Assembly (NCBI GenBank): GCA_963711395.1
Contig: CAVQEA010000001.1
Location: 25,213 to 89,212, forward strand
Origin: an uncultured delta proteobacterium
GTDB taxonomy: Bacteria; Desulfobacterota; Binatia; JACPRU01
Direction of reading: 5' to 3'
DNA: 64,000 bases
Shown here: piece by piece, positions 8,650 to 17,899 of the stretch
Layout: every line of letters begins with the position of its first letter
How positions within the stretch are numbered: the stretch's first letter is position 1
The notes under the pieces: generated by a model
The model's input: only the letters and a program-made list of their open reading frames with translations
Told to the model about the DNA's origin: nothing
Databases searched by the model: none
Program-made: the position numbers and the translations under genes

Positions 8650-10359
8650 CTAGAGAGTCTTGCCGGCCATCATGAACAGATGGTCGACGATCGGGCCGAG
8701 CGAGAGCGCGGGGAAGAACGTGAGCCCGCCGACGATCAGGATGACGCCGACGAGCAGCGCGACGAACAGCGGCGTGTTGGTCGGAAACGTTCCGCTCGAC
8801 GGCGGCACGAGCTTCTTCTTCACCAGCGAGCCGGCGATGGCGATCGTCGGCACGATCATCAGGAAGCGGCCGAACAGCATCGCTAAACCGATCGTCAGAT
8901 TGTAGAAGACCGTGTTCGCGGAGATGCCCGCAAAGGCGCTGCCGTTGTTGCCGGTGCCGGACGAGTACGCGTAGAGGATCTCGCTGAAGCCGTGCGGCCC
9001 CTTGTTGAGAGGGCCGGCGAGACCGGAAGGCGAGACGCTCGCGAGCGCGGTGAAGCCGAGGATCGAGAACTCGAGGATCAGGATGGCCAAGACGGCCATC
9101 GTCACCTCCTTGGCCTCGATCTTCTTGCCGAGGTATTCCGGCGTGCGGCCCACCATCAGGCCGGCGATGAAGACCGAGAGCACGGCGAAGAGCAGCATGC
9201 CGTAGAGACCGGCGCCCGTGCCGCCGATCACCACCTCGCCGAGCTGGATGTTGAGTAGCGGGATCAAGCCGCCGAGCGGGGTGAAGCTGTCGTGCATGCT
9301 GTTGACGGCGCCGCAGGAGGTGCCGGTGGTCACGGCTGCCCACAAAGCGGACTTGGGGAGACCAAAGCGAACCTCCTTGCCCTCCATGTTGCCGCCCGTG
9401 GGATCGACGCCGAGGCGGGCGAACGCGGGATTGCCCGCCGCTTCGGACCAGTACGCGATGAAGACGCCGGTCAGCAGGATCGCCAGCATCGCGCCAAGAA
9501 GCGCCCAGCCCTGGCGGGTGTCGCGCACCATGACGCCGAAGGTGTAGGTGAGCGCCGCGCTCACTAGCAGGATCGCGAACATCTCGAGATGGTCCGTCAG
9601 CGGCGTGGGGTTCTCGTAGGGATGGGCCGAGTTGGCATTGTAGAAGCCACCGCCGTTGGTGCCGAGCTCCTTGATGATCTCTTGCGACGCGACGGGTCCT
9701 TGACCGATCGTCTGGTCCGCGCCCTCGACCGTCTTGACGGCCGTATAGGCGTTCAGGTTCTGCGGCACTCCCTGCCACACCAACACCGGAGTCAGGAGCA
9801 CGCAGATCGGCAGCAGCACCCAAAGCGTGGAGCGGGTGAGGTCCACCCAGAAGTTGCCGATCGTCTTTCCTTCATGGCGCGCGAAACCGCGCACCAGCGC
9901 GATCGCGAGCGCGATGCCGGTCGCCGCCGACACGAAGTTGTGGAACGCGAGCCCGGCCATCTGCGTGAAGTAGCTCATGGTCGTCTCGGGGACGTACGAC
10001 TGCCAGTTGGTGTTGGTGGTGAAGCTCACCGCCGTGTTGAACGATGAGTCCGCCGAGATCGGCCCGAGCCCCTGCGGATTGAACGGCAGGAGGTGTTGGG
10101 CTCGCTGCATCAGGTAGAGCAACAACAAGCCCGCGACGTTGAAGAGCAGCATTGCGATAGTGTAGGTGGTCCAGTGCTGCTCGACGTCCGGGCGCACGCC
10201 GCTCAGCCGGTAGATCAGCCGCTCGACTGGGGCGAGCACGGGGTCAAGGAAGGTGCGCTCGCGCGCGAACACCCGTGCCATGTACAGCCCGAGCGGCTTC
10301 ACGCAGGCGAGCACGAGGCCGAAGAGTACCAATATCTGTAAAATGCCATTCGCAGTCAT
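8650..10359 (-). CDS. kdpA: K+-transporting ATPase subunit A
   Basis: [57 protein letters not shown]; intact 569 aa. Confidence 0.98.
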   Translation of the reverse strand: MTANGILQILVLFGLVLACVKPLGLYMARVFARERTFLDPVLAPVERLIYRLSGVRPDVEQHWTTYTIAMLLFNVAGLLLLYLMQRAQHLLPFNPQGLGPISADSSFNTAVSFTTNTNWQSYVPETTMSYFTQMAGLAFHNFVSAATGIALAIALVRGFARHEGKTIGNFWVDLTRSTLWVLLPICVLLTPVLVWQGVPQNLNAYTAVKTVEGADQTIGQGPVASQEIIKELGTNGGGFYNANSAHPYENPTPLTDHLEMFAILLVSAALTYTFGVMVRDTRQGWALLGAMLAILLTGVFIAYWSEAAGNPAFARLGVDPTGGNMEGKEVRFGLPKSALWAAVTTGTSCGAVNSMHDSFTPLGGLIPLLNIQLGEVVIGGTGAGLYGMLLFAVLSVFIAGLMVGRTPEYLGKKIEAKEVTMAVLAILILEFSILGFTALASVSPSGLAGPLNKGPHGFSEILYAYSSGTGNNGSAFAGISANTVFYNLTIGLAMLFGRFLMIVPTIAIAGSLVKKKLVPPSSGTFPTNTPLFVALLVGVILIVGGLTFFPALSLGPIVDHLFMMAGKTL

Positions 10360-10371
10360 GAGAATCGGCCT

Positions 10372-10461
10372 CTAGAATTTCTCGGGATTCAGAAGGACGT
10401 AGAAGAGGTAGACGAGTATCCCGACGGCAACGGTGCCGCCGAGCCAGAATTCCAAGGTCAT
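10372..10461 (-). CDS. kdpF: KdpF peptide (29 aa)
   Basis: Hand translation MTLEFWLGGTVAVGILVYLFYVLLNPEKF*, directly upstream of kdpA, with the typical YLxYxLLxPEKF ending. Confidence 0.92.
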   Translation of the reverse strand: MTLEFWLGGTVAVGILVYLFYVLLNPEKF

Positions 10462-10465
10462 GGCG

Positions 10466-10549
10466 TCACAACCTTTCGCAGCCTTCGACGTAGGCAATTG
10501 CCCCGGCGAAGAAACCTACGACGACGACCAGAAAAAGCAGGTCCATCAT
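10466..10549 (-). CDS. 27-aa hydrophobic micro-peptide upstream of kdpF
   Basis: MMDLLFLVVVVGFFAGAIAYVEGCERL*, with a GGAGAG RBS, ending 4 bp before kdpF. Confidence 0.8.
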   Translation of the reverse strand: MMDLLFLVVVVGFFAGAIAYVEGCERL

Positions 10550-10592
10550 TCCGGAGTCTCTCCGTTTTGAAGTCGTTCGACTGATCAGGGCA

Positions 10593-10607
10593 GCACCTTC
10601 CATGCCA
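10593..10607 (-). promoter_or_regulatory. sigma54 -24/-12 promoter of the kdp operon
   Basis: Minus strand TGGCAT-GGAAG-GTGC, about 45 bp upstream of the 27-aa peptide start. Confidence 0.7.
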
Positions 10608-10912
10608 CTGCGATCAGTTCCGTTTTCGCTGCGCTTTTCGCAATGCGAGCTTCTCGCACTGTGCAAGCCGAAGGAATCGATGCCTTCACAATGCAATGAA
10701 CGAGAGATTTCGTTCGATCTGAAACCTGGTCGCGCCTTCTAAGCGGGTTCGGGGCTACTCGCAAGCTAGCCGAGCTTGCAGAGCGAGCAGCCGAGCGCTG
10801 AGCGGCTCTCGGAAGAGGTTAGGAAGCACGCGGAGGAGGTCGACGCCTCCGCCATGACGTAAATCGATGCCGCTCATTCGGGGCGCCTGCGAGGTAAAGC
10901 ATCGGCTCCTCC

Positions 10913-11008
10913 TCAGATCTTTTCGCACGCTGAGACGAAGGCGAGACAGATACCCATACTCACGAGTCCGAGGATGAGCATCCCCGGTAGCCAAGTGACC
11001 AAGTTCAT
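10913..11008 (-). CDS. 31-aa hydrophobic micro-peptide
   Basis: Hand translation MNLVTWLPGMLILGLVSMGICLAFVSACEKI*, with a strong GGAAAGGAG RBS. It ends in CEKI, like the CERL of the 27-aa peptide. Confidence 0.72.
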   Translation of the reverse strand: MNLVTWLPGMLILGLVSMGICLAFVSACEKI

Positions 11009-11048
11009 CCGTAGCGCTCCTTTCCGTTACCTTCGGCGATACGGTAAG

Positions 11049-11063
11049 GCACGGAGCATGCCA
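11049..11063 (-). promoter_or_regulatory. sigma54 -24/-12 promoter upstream of the 31-aa peptide
   Basis: Minus strand TGGCAT-GCTCC-GTGC, about 40 bp upstream of the ATG at 11008. Confidence 0.65.
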
Positions 11064-11446
11064 GCCATGCGGAAGGGCGTTCGAAGCACTTCACGATGCA
11101 TGCTCGGTAAAAACACGGGATCGCCGCTCGCGCGCACTGTGGCCCTTTTGTCGGGGCGGTCCGAGGATGTGATCACAATGAAAGAAGGAGCAAGTGCATC
11201 TTGAACGGGAAGGCTCGGGTGCCGACCGACGCGCGCAGAGCTACTTCCAACGGGGCGGTGATCAACGAAGGAGCACTGATGCCTCTTTCGGCAGGGTCTG
11301 TGGACGCAGTGCAAAACACGTCGCGCAGCTCATCGATGAGTCTCCCGCTTGCGCAATTGCATTGCGAACTGGTGTCTTTCGTTCAGTATGCAATGCGAGC
11401 GGAGGTCGGACGCGAGAAAGTGGCGACATCGCGGTGTGATGCGAAG

Positions 11447-11461
11447 CGGCACGAAATCTGC
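11447..11461 (+). promoter_or_regulatory. sigma54 -24/-12 promoter upstream of the response regulator
   Basis: CGGCAC-GAAAT-CTGC, about 57 bp upstream of the start at 11518. Confidence 0.55.
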
Positions 11462-11517
11462 TCGCGATCCTTTTGGCAGATGTCGATTGAACCGGGACCA
11501 GTTGCGAGGTAGCGAGC

Positions 11518-12855
11518 GTGGCGTCCGTTCTCATCGTGGACGACGACAAGAGCATTCGCAGTACCCTCGGGACCTACATTCGTAGCCTTGGACACGAAGC
11601 CGAAGCGGCCGGCGATGCTGCAGACGCACTAGGTGCGCTTGCTCGGGAAAAGTTCGACATCGTCCTCTCGGACGTACGCATGGGCGGGCTCGATGGAATC
11701 GAGCTGTTGCGGGAGATTCGCGCCGACTGGCCGGAAACGGTGGTCATTCTGATGACCGCGTATGCGACCGTTGCACAGGCGGTCGAGGCGATCCACGCGG
11801 GCGCATACGACTACTTGGTCAAGCCGTTTTCCCCTGAACAGGTCGCTCTTCGGCTCTCACGTGCGGTCGAGCTTCTCTCGCTTCGCAACGAAAACCGAGC
11901 GCTTCGCGGCGCTCTCGATCGTCCCCTGCTGCTTCAGTCGGTGAGCCCGAGGACGAGGAGCGCGATCGACAAGGCGCGCGACGCCGCAGCTTCGGAGGCC
12001 ACGCTGCTACTCACCGGCGAAAGCGGTACCGGCAAGAGCGCCCTCGCCGCGGCAGTGCACGGCTGGAGTCCGCGCCGCGACGGCCCTTTCGTCGCCATCT
12101 CTTGTGCGTCGCTGAACGACCGTATTCTGGAGAGCGCGCTCTTTGGACATGTCAAGGGCGCGTTCCCGAGCGCGTGGAAGAACACCCTCGGCCGGCTCGA
12201 GGCTGCCGCGGGTGGAACCATCTTCCTGGACGACGTCGCCGAGCTTCCGTCCACGCTTCAAGGGCAACTGCTGCGATTCGTCGAGAATCGCCGCTTCGAA
12301 AGGGTCGGAGGGACGCACACCATCGAGGTCGACGCGCGCATCATCGCGGCCACTAGCCGCAATCTCGAAGTGGAGGTCGCGGCCGGCCGTCTTCGCGAGG
12401 ACTTGTTCCATCGTCTGAACGTGCTGAGGATCGACCTCCCGCCGCTGCGGGACCGCCTCGAGGATCTGCCGGCTCTCGCTCGTTCGATTCTTCAAGGGCT
12501 CACCGCGCGATACTCTCGACCCCTCCTGGAGCTCGACTCGGAGGCGGCAGCGGCGCTGGCGCGATACCGCTGGCCTGGAAATGTACGCGAACTACTGAAC
12601 GTGCTGGAGCATGCTGCCGTGGTCAGTGGCGGCAACGTGGTCCGTGTCGATCAGTTGCCCGACCGGTTGCAAGCGCCCGCACCCGCCCCGACATTGGCCG
12701 GGGCCTCCGAGAAGAGCCTCTCTCTCGAAGAGATGGAGCAGCAACAGATCAGATTTGCGCTTGCGGATTCCTCGACGCTCGAGGAAGCGGCCGCGCGCCT
12801 CGGAATCAGTGCGACGACACTTTGGCGCAAGCGGAAGCGCTACAGCCTCGAGTAA
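11518..12855 (+). CDS. NtrC/AlgB-like response regulator (REC-AAA+-HTH) with degenerate GAFTGA and Walker B motifs
   Basis: REC domain (VDDD, SDVRMG, KPF), Walker A GESGTGKS, ESALFGHVKGAFPSA, FLDDV, REDLFHRLNV, WPGNVREL and a Fis-type HTH. Confidence 0.9.
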   Translation: MASVLIVDDDKSIRSTLGTYIRSLGHEAEAAGDAADALGALAREKFDIVLSDVRMGGLDGIELLREIRADWPETVVILMTAYATVAQAVEAIHAGAYDYLVKPFSPEQVALRLSRAVELLSLRNENRALRGALDRPLLLQSVSPRTRSAIDKARDAAASEATLLLTGESGTGKSALAAAVHGWSPRRDGPFVAISCASLNDRILESALFGHVKGAFPSAWKNTLGRLEAAAGGTIFLDDVAELPSTLQGQLLRFVENRRFERVGGTHTIEVDARIIAATSRNLEVEVAAGRLREDLFHRLNVLRIDLPPLRDRLEDLPALARSILQGLTARYSRPLLELDSEAAAALARYRWPGNVRELLNVLEHAAVVSGGNVVRVDQLPDRLQAPAPAPTLAGASEKSLSLEEMEQQQIRFALADSSTLEEAAARLGISATTLWRKRKRYSLE

Positions 12856-12891
12856 GTTTGGGCGCTCGCCCGGGGTCCTTCAACGTTGGGG

Positions 12892-13038
12892 ATGAACACA
12901 ATCGGGCCATTGATGACATTAGGCCCGCTCTTGGTGCTCTTACATTACGGGGTCATCCGGCGAGAAGAGCGCTACATGGGCGCCACGTTCGGTGAGGCGT
13001 ACGGCCACTATCGTGCCCAGGTGCGGAGGTGGCTTTGA
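12892..13038 (+). pseudogene. C-terminal remnant of an isoprenylcysteine carboxyl methyltransferase (ICMT/PEMT)-family gene
   Basis: Hand translation ...LLVLLHYGVIRREERYMGATFGEAYGHYRAQVRRWL*, the typical family C-terminus. No N-terminal half upstream. Confidence 0.6.
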
Positions 13039-13119
13039 CGGGACCCCTGTCGCCGGCGTCTGCTACGGGACGCCTGCTACGATGTGGCGCCCGACCGATT
13101 TTCGTGTCAAACGGTTCGC

Positions 13120-14448
13120 GTGAGCGGTGTAGACGACAGGCGCGACGAAACGCCGATCGCGGAAGCGCGAGCCGTCTCGAAGATCTTTGACCGCGACGGT
13201 CGCGAGCTCACTGTGCTGCGCGACGTCAGCCTTGCGATCCGTGAAGGCGAGGTCGTCGCAGTTCTTGGTCCGTCGGGCTGTGGCAAGTCGACACTGCTCC
13301 GCATTTTGACCGGGCTGATCGCGCCGACGAGCGGAGAGGTGCTCTGCCACGGGCAGGGGCTGCGCGGCATCCATCCCGGCGCTTCGATCGTGTTCCAGAA
13401 CTTCGCGCTCTATCCGTGGCTCACTGTCGCCGAGAACGTGCGCGTCGGCCTCCACCGCAAGGGGCTCGGCGCCTCCGAGGAGGCGGGCCGCATCCGGCGC
13501 GCCATCGACCTCGTCGGTCTCGAGGGTTTCGAGGAGGCGTTCCCCAAGGAGCTATCAGGCGGAATGAAGCAGCGCGTGGGCATCGCCCGCGCGCTCGTCG
13601 GAGGACCCGAGCTCCTCTGCATGGACGAGCCGTTCTCGGCGCTCGACGTGCTCACGGCCGAGTCGCTGCGCTCGGAAGTCTACGGGCTCTGGTCCCGCGG
13701 CGACCTCGGCTTGAAGAGCATGCTGCTCATCACTCACCTGATCGAGGAGGCGGTGTTCCTCGGCGACCGAATCGTGATCCTGGCGTCGAATCCTGGATCG
13801 ATCCGGCGGGTGCTCGAGAACCCGCTGCGCCATCCGCGCGAATACCGCGACCCGCGTTTCTCGACTTCGTCGACGAGATCCACGCCGTCATCACCAGCAT
13901 TCACCTGCCCGATGTCGAACGGCCGTCGCGCGGGCCGGCGACGCCGCGCATGGAGCCGCTGCCGCCTGTGGCGATCGGCGAGATCGTCGGTCTTCTCGAG
14001 GTCGTCCACGATCACGGCGATCGCCATCAACCTCTTCGAGCTGGCTTCGCAGTCTGCGGCTCGAGATCGGCCACGCGATCCTCGCCGTGAAGGCCGCGGA
14101 GCTGCTCGGTCTCGTCGACACCCCGAAGCAGGAGGTGGTGCTGACGGCGGCCGGCCGCGAGCTCGTCGGCGGCGACGCCAACGTGCGCAAGCGCATCTTC
14201 CATCGCCAGCTGCTCGGCCACGCCCACCTTCGCGATGCTCGTGGAGCAGCTTCGCCGCGCGCCCGAGCAGGCGGTTGCCGCAAGGACATCGTCGAAGAGC
14301 TCCTGGTGATGAACGTGCCGGACGAGCCGTACGAGGCGCTGTTCGAGACGATCGTCGGTTGGGGGCGCTACGGCGAGCTCCTCGGCTTCGATCCGCGAGA
14401 CACAGAGTGGTGTATCTCGATCCGGAGGCCGGCGCCGTCGCCGCCTGA
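13120..14448 (+). CDS. NitT/TauT-family ABC ATP-binding protein with C-terminal AAA-associated domain; frameshifted
   Basis: [43 protein letters not shown]. The C-terminal extension continues in other frames ([18 protein letters not shown]). Confidence 0.85.
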   Translation: MSGVDDRRDETPIAEARAVSKIFDRDGRELTVLRDVSLAIREGEVVAVLGPSGCGKSTLLRILTGLIAPTSGEVLCHGQGLRGIHPGASIVFQNFALYPWLTVAENVRVGLHRKGLGASEEAGRIRRAIDLVGLEGFEEAFPKELSGGMKQRVGIARALVGGPELLCMDEPFSALDVLTAESLRSEVYGLWSRGDLGLKSMLLITHLIEEAVFLGDRIVILASNPGSIRRVLENPLRHPREYRDPRFSTSSTRSTPSSPAFTCPMSNGRRAGRRRRAWSRCRLWRSARSSVFSRSSTITAIAINLFELASQSAARDRPRDPRREGRGAARSRRHPEAGGGADGGRPRARRRRRQRAQAHLPSPAARPRPPSRCSWSSFAARPSRRLPQGHRRRAPGDERAGRAVRGAVRDDRRLGALRRAPRLRSARHRVVYLDPEAGAVAA

Positions 14449-14472
14449 GGCGACGTCACCGGTTCGCGCGAC

Positions 14473-16213
14473 GTGGCCCAGGCGATCGACAGGCCCACGA
14501 GCGTCGAACCTCGGACGCCGCGGCGCCGTCGAGCTCGCCGTCGACGGTGCGATCTCTCTTCGGTGCTCGGCGCGATGGTCGCCGGCACGGTGGCGCTCGC
14601 GCGGCGCTGGGCGGCGCCGCTGCGGCCGACGATCGACATCGACCTGTCGCTGTGGGCGCTGCCGCAAGTACACGCTGCTGTCGCTCTCCCGCGGGCTCGC
14701 CGCTTACGTGCTGTCGCTGGTCTTCACGCTGGTCTACGGCACCATCGCCGCCTACAACCGCCGCGCCGAGCGAGTGATGATCCCGCTGCTCGACGTCCTG
14801 CAGGGCATTCCCGTGCTCGGCTTCCTGCCCGGACTGGTGCTCGGCATGGTCGGCTCTGTTCCCGCACTCGAACGTCGGGCTCGAGCTCGCCTGCGTGCTG
14901 ATGATCTTCACCGGCCAGGTGTGGAACATGACGTTCTCGTTCTACGGGTCGTTGCGCGCGATTCCCGCCGAGCTCCGCGAGGTGGCGCTCGTGCATCGCT
15001 TCGGCTGGTGGAAGCGGTTCCGCACGCTCGAGGTGCCGTCGGCGATGATCGGCCTGGTGTGGAACTCGATGATGTCGATGGCCGGCGGGTGGTTCTTCCT
15101 CACCGTGAACGAATCCTTCACTCTCGGGGATCACGACTTCCGCCTGGCGGGCATCGGCTCCTACATGAGCGTCGCCATCGATCGCGGCGACCGACGGGCG
15201 ATGGCGGGAGCCGTCGTCGCCATGGTCGTGATGATCGTCGTCGTCGACCAGCTGCTGTGGCGCCCGCTCCTCGCCTGGGCGCAGAGGTTCAAGCTGGAGG
15301 ACACGAGCGCGAGCGAGGTGACGCCGCTCGTGGCTTCTCGATCTGTTGCGCCGCTCGCGGGCCGTGTCTTGGCTCGAAGAGCGCCTCGGACGAATCTTCG
15401 CGGCGCTCGAGCGGCGTGCGGCGGCCCGGGGCGCCCGGCGCGGGCAGGGTGGCGGTCGTTCGTGCGCGGCGCCCTCGGCTGGCTCGTCGTCGGCATCGTC
15501 GCGATCGTGGTGCTGCAGGGCGCCAGGCATCTCGTGACGCTGCTCGCCGCCGTGCGCCTGCGCGAATGGCTGAAGCTCGCGTTCGCCCTTCTTCTCACGT
15601 TTCTGCGCACCATGGCCGCGCTGGCGATCGGCGCGGCGTGGTGCGTGCCGGTCGGCGTCTGGGTCGGACGATCGCCGGCTCGCACGCGGCTGATCCAACC
15701 GCTGGTGCAGATCGCCGCGTCCTTTCCCGCCCCGATGATCTTCCCGCTCGCCACCCTCGCCGTGCTCGTCGACTCGGCATGAGCTTCTCCGTCGGCTGCG
15801 TGCTGCTCCTGGTGCTCGGCTCGCAATGGTACATCCTCTTCAACGTGCTCGCCGGCGCCACGGCGATCCCGCAGGATCTGCGAGAAGCGGCGACGACTTA
15901 CGGGCTCGCGCGCTTCGAGATCTGGCGGCGGCTCTATCTGCCCGCGGTGTTCCCCCACCTGGTGACCGGCCTCATCACCGCGGCCGGCGGGGCCTGGAAC
16001 GCGAGCATCGTCGCCGAGTACGTGCGCTACCGGGGCCAGACGCTGGTCGCGCCGGGCCTGGGATCGCTCATCACGGAGGCGACGGCCGCCGCGAACTTTC
16101 CGTTGCTGGCGGCGGGCGTGCTGACGATGTCGCTGGCGCTCGTGACGCTGAACCGCACGGTCTGGAAGCGGCTCTATCGCATCGCCGACGAGCGCTTCAG
16201 CCTCAATCGCTGA
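14473..16213 (+). CDS. ABC transporter permease with two TM modules (NitT/TauT type); frameshifted
   Basis: LDVLQGIPVLGFLP, QVWNMTFSFYGSL, WNSMMSMAGGWFFL, QWYILFNV, GGAWNASIVAEY in successive frames. Confidence 0.85.
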
Positions 16214-16223
16214 AGCAGGGAGG

Positions 16224-16548
16224 GTGCCGATGGGTGGAATGACCTGGTTGGTATTCGTCGCGTCGGCAGTCCTGGAGGTCGGCGGCGATGCGCTGATCCG
16301 CGCCGGTTTGCGCGGCGAACGGCTCGCGCTCGTGGTGGGAGGCTTCGTGACGCTCGGCTCGTACGGGCTGTTGATCAACACCATGCGCTGGGATTTCACG
16401 CGCCTGCTCGGCATGTACATCGCGGTGTTCGCGGTGACGAGCGCCCTGTTCGGGCGCTTTGTGTTTCGCGAAAGCGCCTCGCACGACGACGTGGCTCGGG
16501 CTCGTGCTGGTGTTGGGCGGCGCGGCGGTGATCCAGCGCGGAGACTGA
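16224..16548 (+). CDS. Small four-TM membrane protein (SMR/YnfA-like); frameshift near the 3' end
   Basis: LEVGGDALIR, FTRLLGMYIAVF; hydrophobic, about 105 aa. Confidence 0.65.
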
Positions 16549-16551
16549 CGG

Positions 16552-16935
16552 TTACTTCTCGATCGGCAACCCCTGCTCTTTCCAGGCCGCGATGCCGCCC
16601 GCCATCGAGCGCACGTTCGTGAAGCCCATGGCCTGCAGCACGTCGGCGGCGAGCGCGCTGCGTCCGCCGCTCGCGCAGTGCAGGACGATCGTCTGGTGGC
16701 GGTCGGCGAGGCGCGGCTCGCGGTTCGCGTATTCGAGATCCGCCTTCGCTTCGAGCATGCCGCGCGGCACGAGCAATGCCCGCGGGATGTGGCCTTCCGA
16801 CCATTCCGCGGGCTCCCGTACGTCGACGATGAGTAGGCGGGGATCCTGCTTCGCGGCCGCGGCGGTGTCGCTCGCGCTGATCTCGCGGATGCGCGTCTTG
16901 GCGTCGGCAACGAGGTCCTTCAGAGATTTCGGCAT
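16552..16935 (-). CDS. Rhodanese-domain sulfurtransferase
   Basis: DVREPAEW..GHIP, active-site loop HCASGGRS, MAGGIAAW. Confidence 0.9.
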   Translation of the reverse strand: MPKSLKDLVADAKTRIREISASDTAAAAKQDPRLLIVDVREPAEWSEGHIPRALLVPRGMLEAKADLEYANREPRLADRHQTIVLHCASGGRSALAADVLQAMGFTNVRSMAGGIAAWKEQGLPIEK

Positions 16936-17007
16936 GGCATCGCTCCTTTCCCTCCGAGCCATCGAGCAACGGGGCAAGCGTGCGTTGCGACGCTTGCCGC
17001 TGCATGA

Positions 17008-17021
17008 TACATTGCTATGTA
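17008..17021. promoter_or_regulatory. Palindrome TACAT-N4-ATGTA, candidate ArsR operator
   Basis: TACATTGCTATGTA in the AT-rich divergent intergenic region between the rhodanese and ArsR genes. A related sequence occurs at 18340. Confidence 0.45.
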
Positions 17022-17054
17022 GCGATACAGTAGAGACTCCGTCAACAGCACGCC

Positions 17055-17414
17055 GTGGCTAGACACCCCAAACGGGAGCTTTCCGACGCGGCGCTGGCGA
17101 TGATCGCCGAGCGCTTCAAGGTTCTCGCCGAGCCCATGCGGTTGAAGATCTTGCACGCGCTGTGGGACGACGAGCGCACGGTCGGCGAGGTGATCGAAGC
17201 CGTCAACGGCTTGCAGGCAAACGTGTCGAAGCATCTCGGCGTGCTTCAACAGGCGGGTCTGGTGAGCCGGCGGAAGGAAGGGCTGAGGGTCTTCTATCGG
17301 ATCGCCGATCCCACCGTGTTCAATCTCTGCGAAGTGGTCTGCGAGAGCTTGCACGACCGACTGGCTTCACAGATCGGCGAGATCCAGCCCGCCGGCGCGC
17401 GCCGGCGCGCCTGA
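17055..17414 (+). CDS. ArsR/SmtB-family regulator with a C-terminal CxxxC
   Basis: FKVLAEPMRLKIL, ANVSKHLGVL, GLVSRRKEG, FNLCEVVC. Confidence 0.9.
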   Translation: MARHPKRELSDAALAMIAERFKVLAEPMRLKILHALWDDERTVGEVIEAVNGLQANVSKHLGVLQQAGLVSRRKEGLRVFYRIADPTVFNLCEVVCESLHDRLASQIGEIQPAGARRRA

Positions 17415-17459
17415 GTTCCCGGTCCTCACCGAACGGCGGCGCCGCGGGTGATCGGCTGA

Positions 17460-17897
17460 GCGCCGTGCTCGGGAGAGACGGGTGCGAGCGCGTCGCGCGC
17501 GTTCCCAGACGAGCATTCCGACGAGCATCGCCAACACGAAGAGCACGGATTGCCATAGGCCGTACGCGAGGCTTGCGACAGCGGGGCCTGGGCAAAATCC
17601 CGCCAGACCCCAGCCGATGCCGAACAGCGCCGACCCGCCGATCAATCCGCTGTCGATGCGCCGCGAGGCGGGAACATGGAATTCGGCTACGAAGAGCGGA
17701 TGAGGCCGGCGAAGCAAGACTCGAAAGCCGACCGCCGCCACCGCCAAGGCGCCTCCCATGACGAAAGCGAGGCTCGGATCCCAGTCGCCAAAGAAGTCGA
17801 GAAAGTCGGTCACCTTCCGCGGGTTCACCATCTGCGAGATCGTGAGCCCCGCGCCGAACAGAGTGCCGGCGAGGAAGGAGCTGCAAAGCCGTCGCAT
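17460..17897 (-). CDS. YeeE/YedE-family sulfur-compound transporter component; 3' end uncertain
   Basis: GLTISQMVNPRKV..FLDFFGDWDPSLAFVMGGAL, GWGLAGFCPGPA. Confidence 0.85.
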
Positions 17898-17899
17898 GG

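Noticed and set aside
10819-10902. 27-codon ORF MLYLAGAPNERHRFTSWRRRRPPPRAS with a GGAGGAG RBS directly after the 31-aa peptide; possibly a second, disrupted kdpF
   Set aside because: Only the first six residues are hydrophobic, and no frame gives a TM helix or a PExF ending, so it is not supportable as a gene. It may be a decayed remnant.
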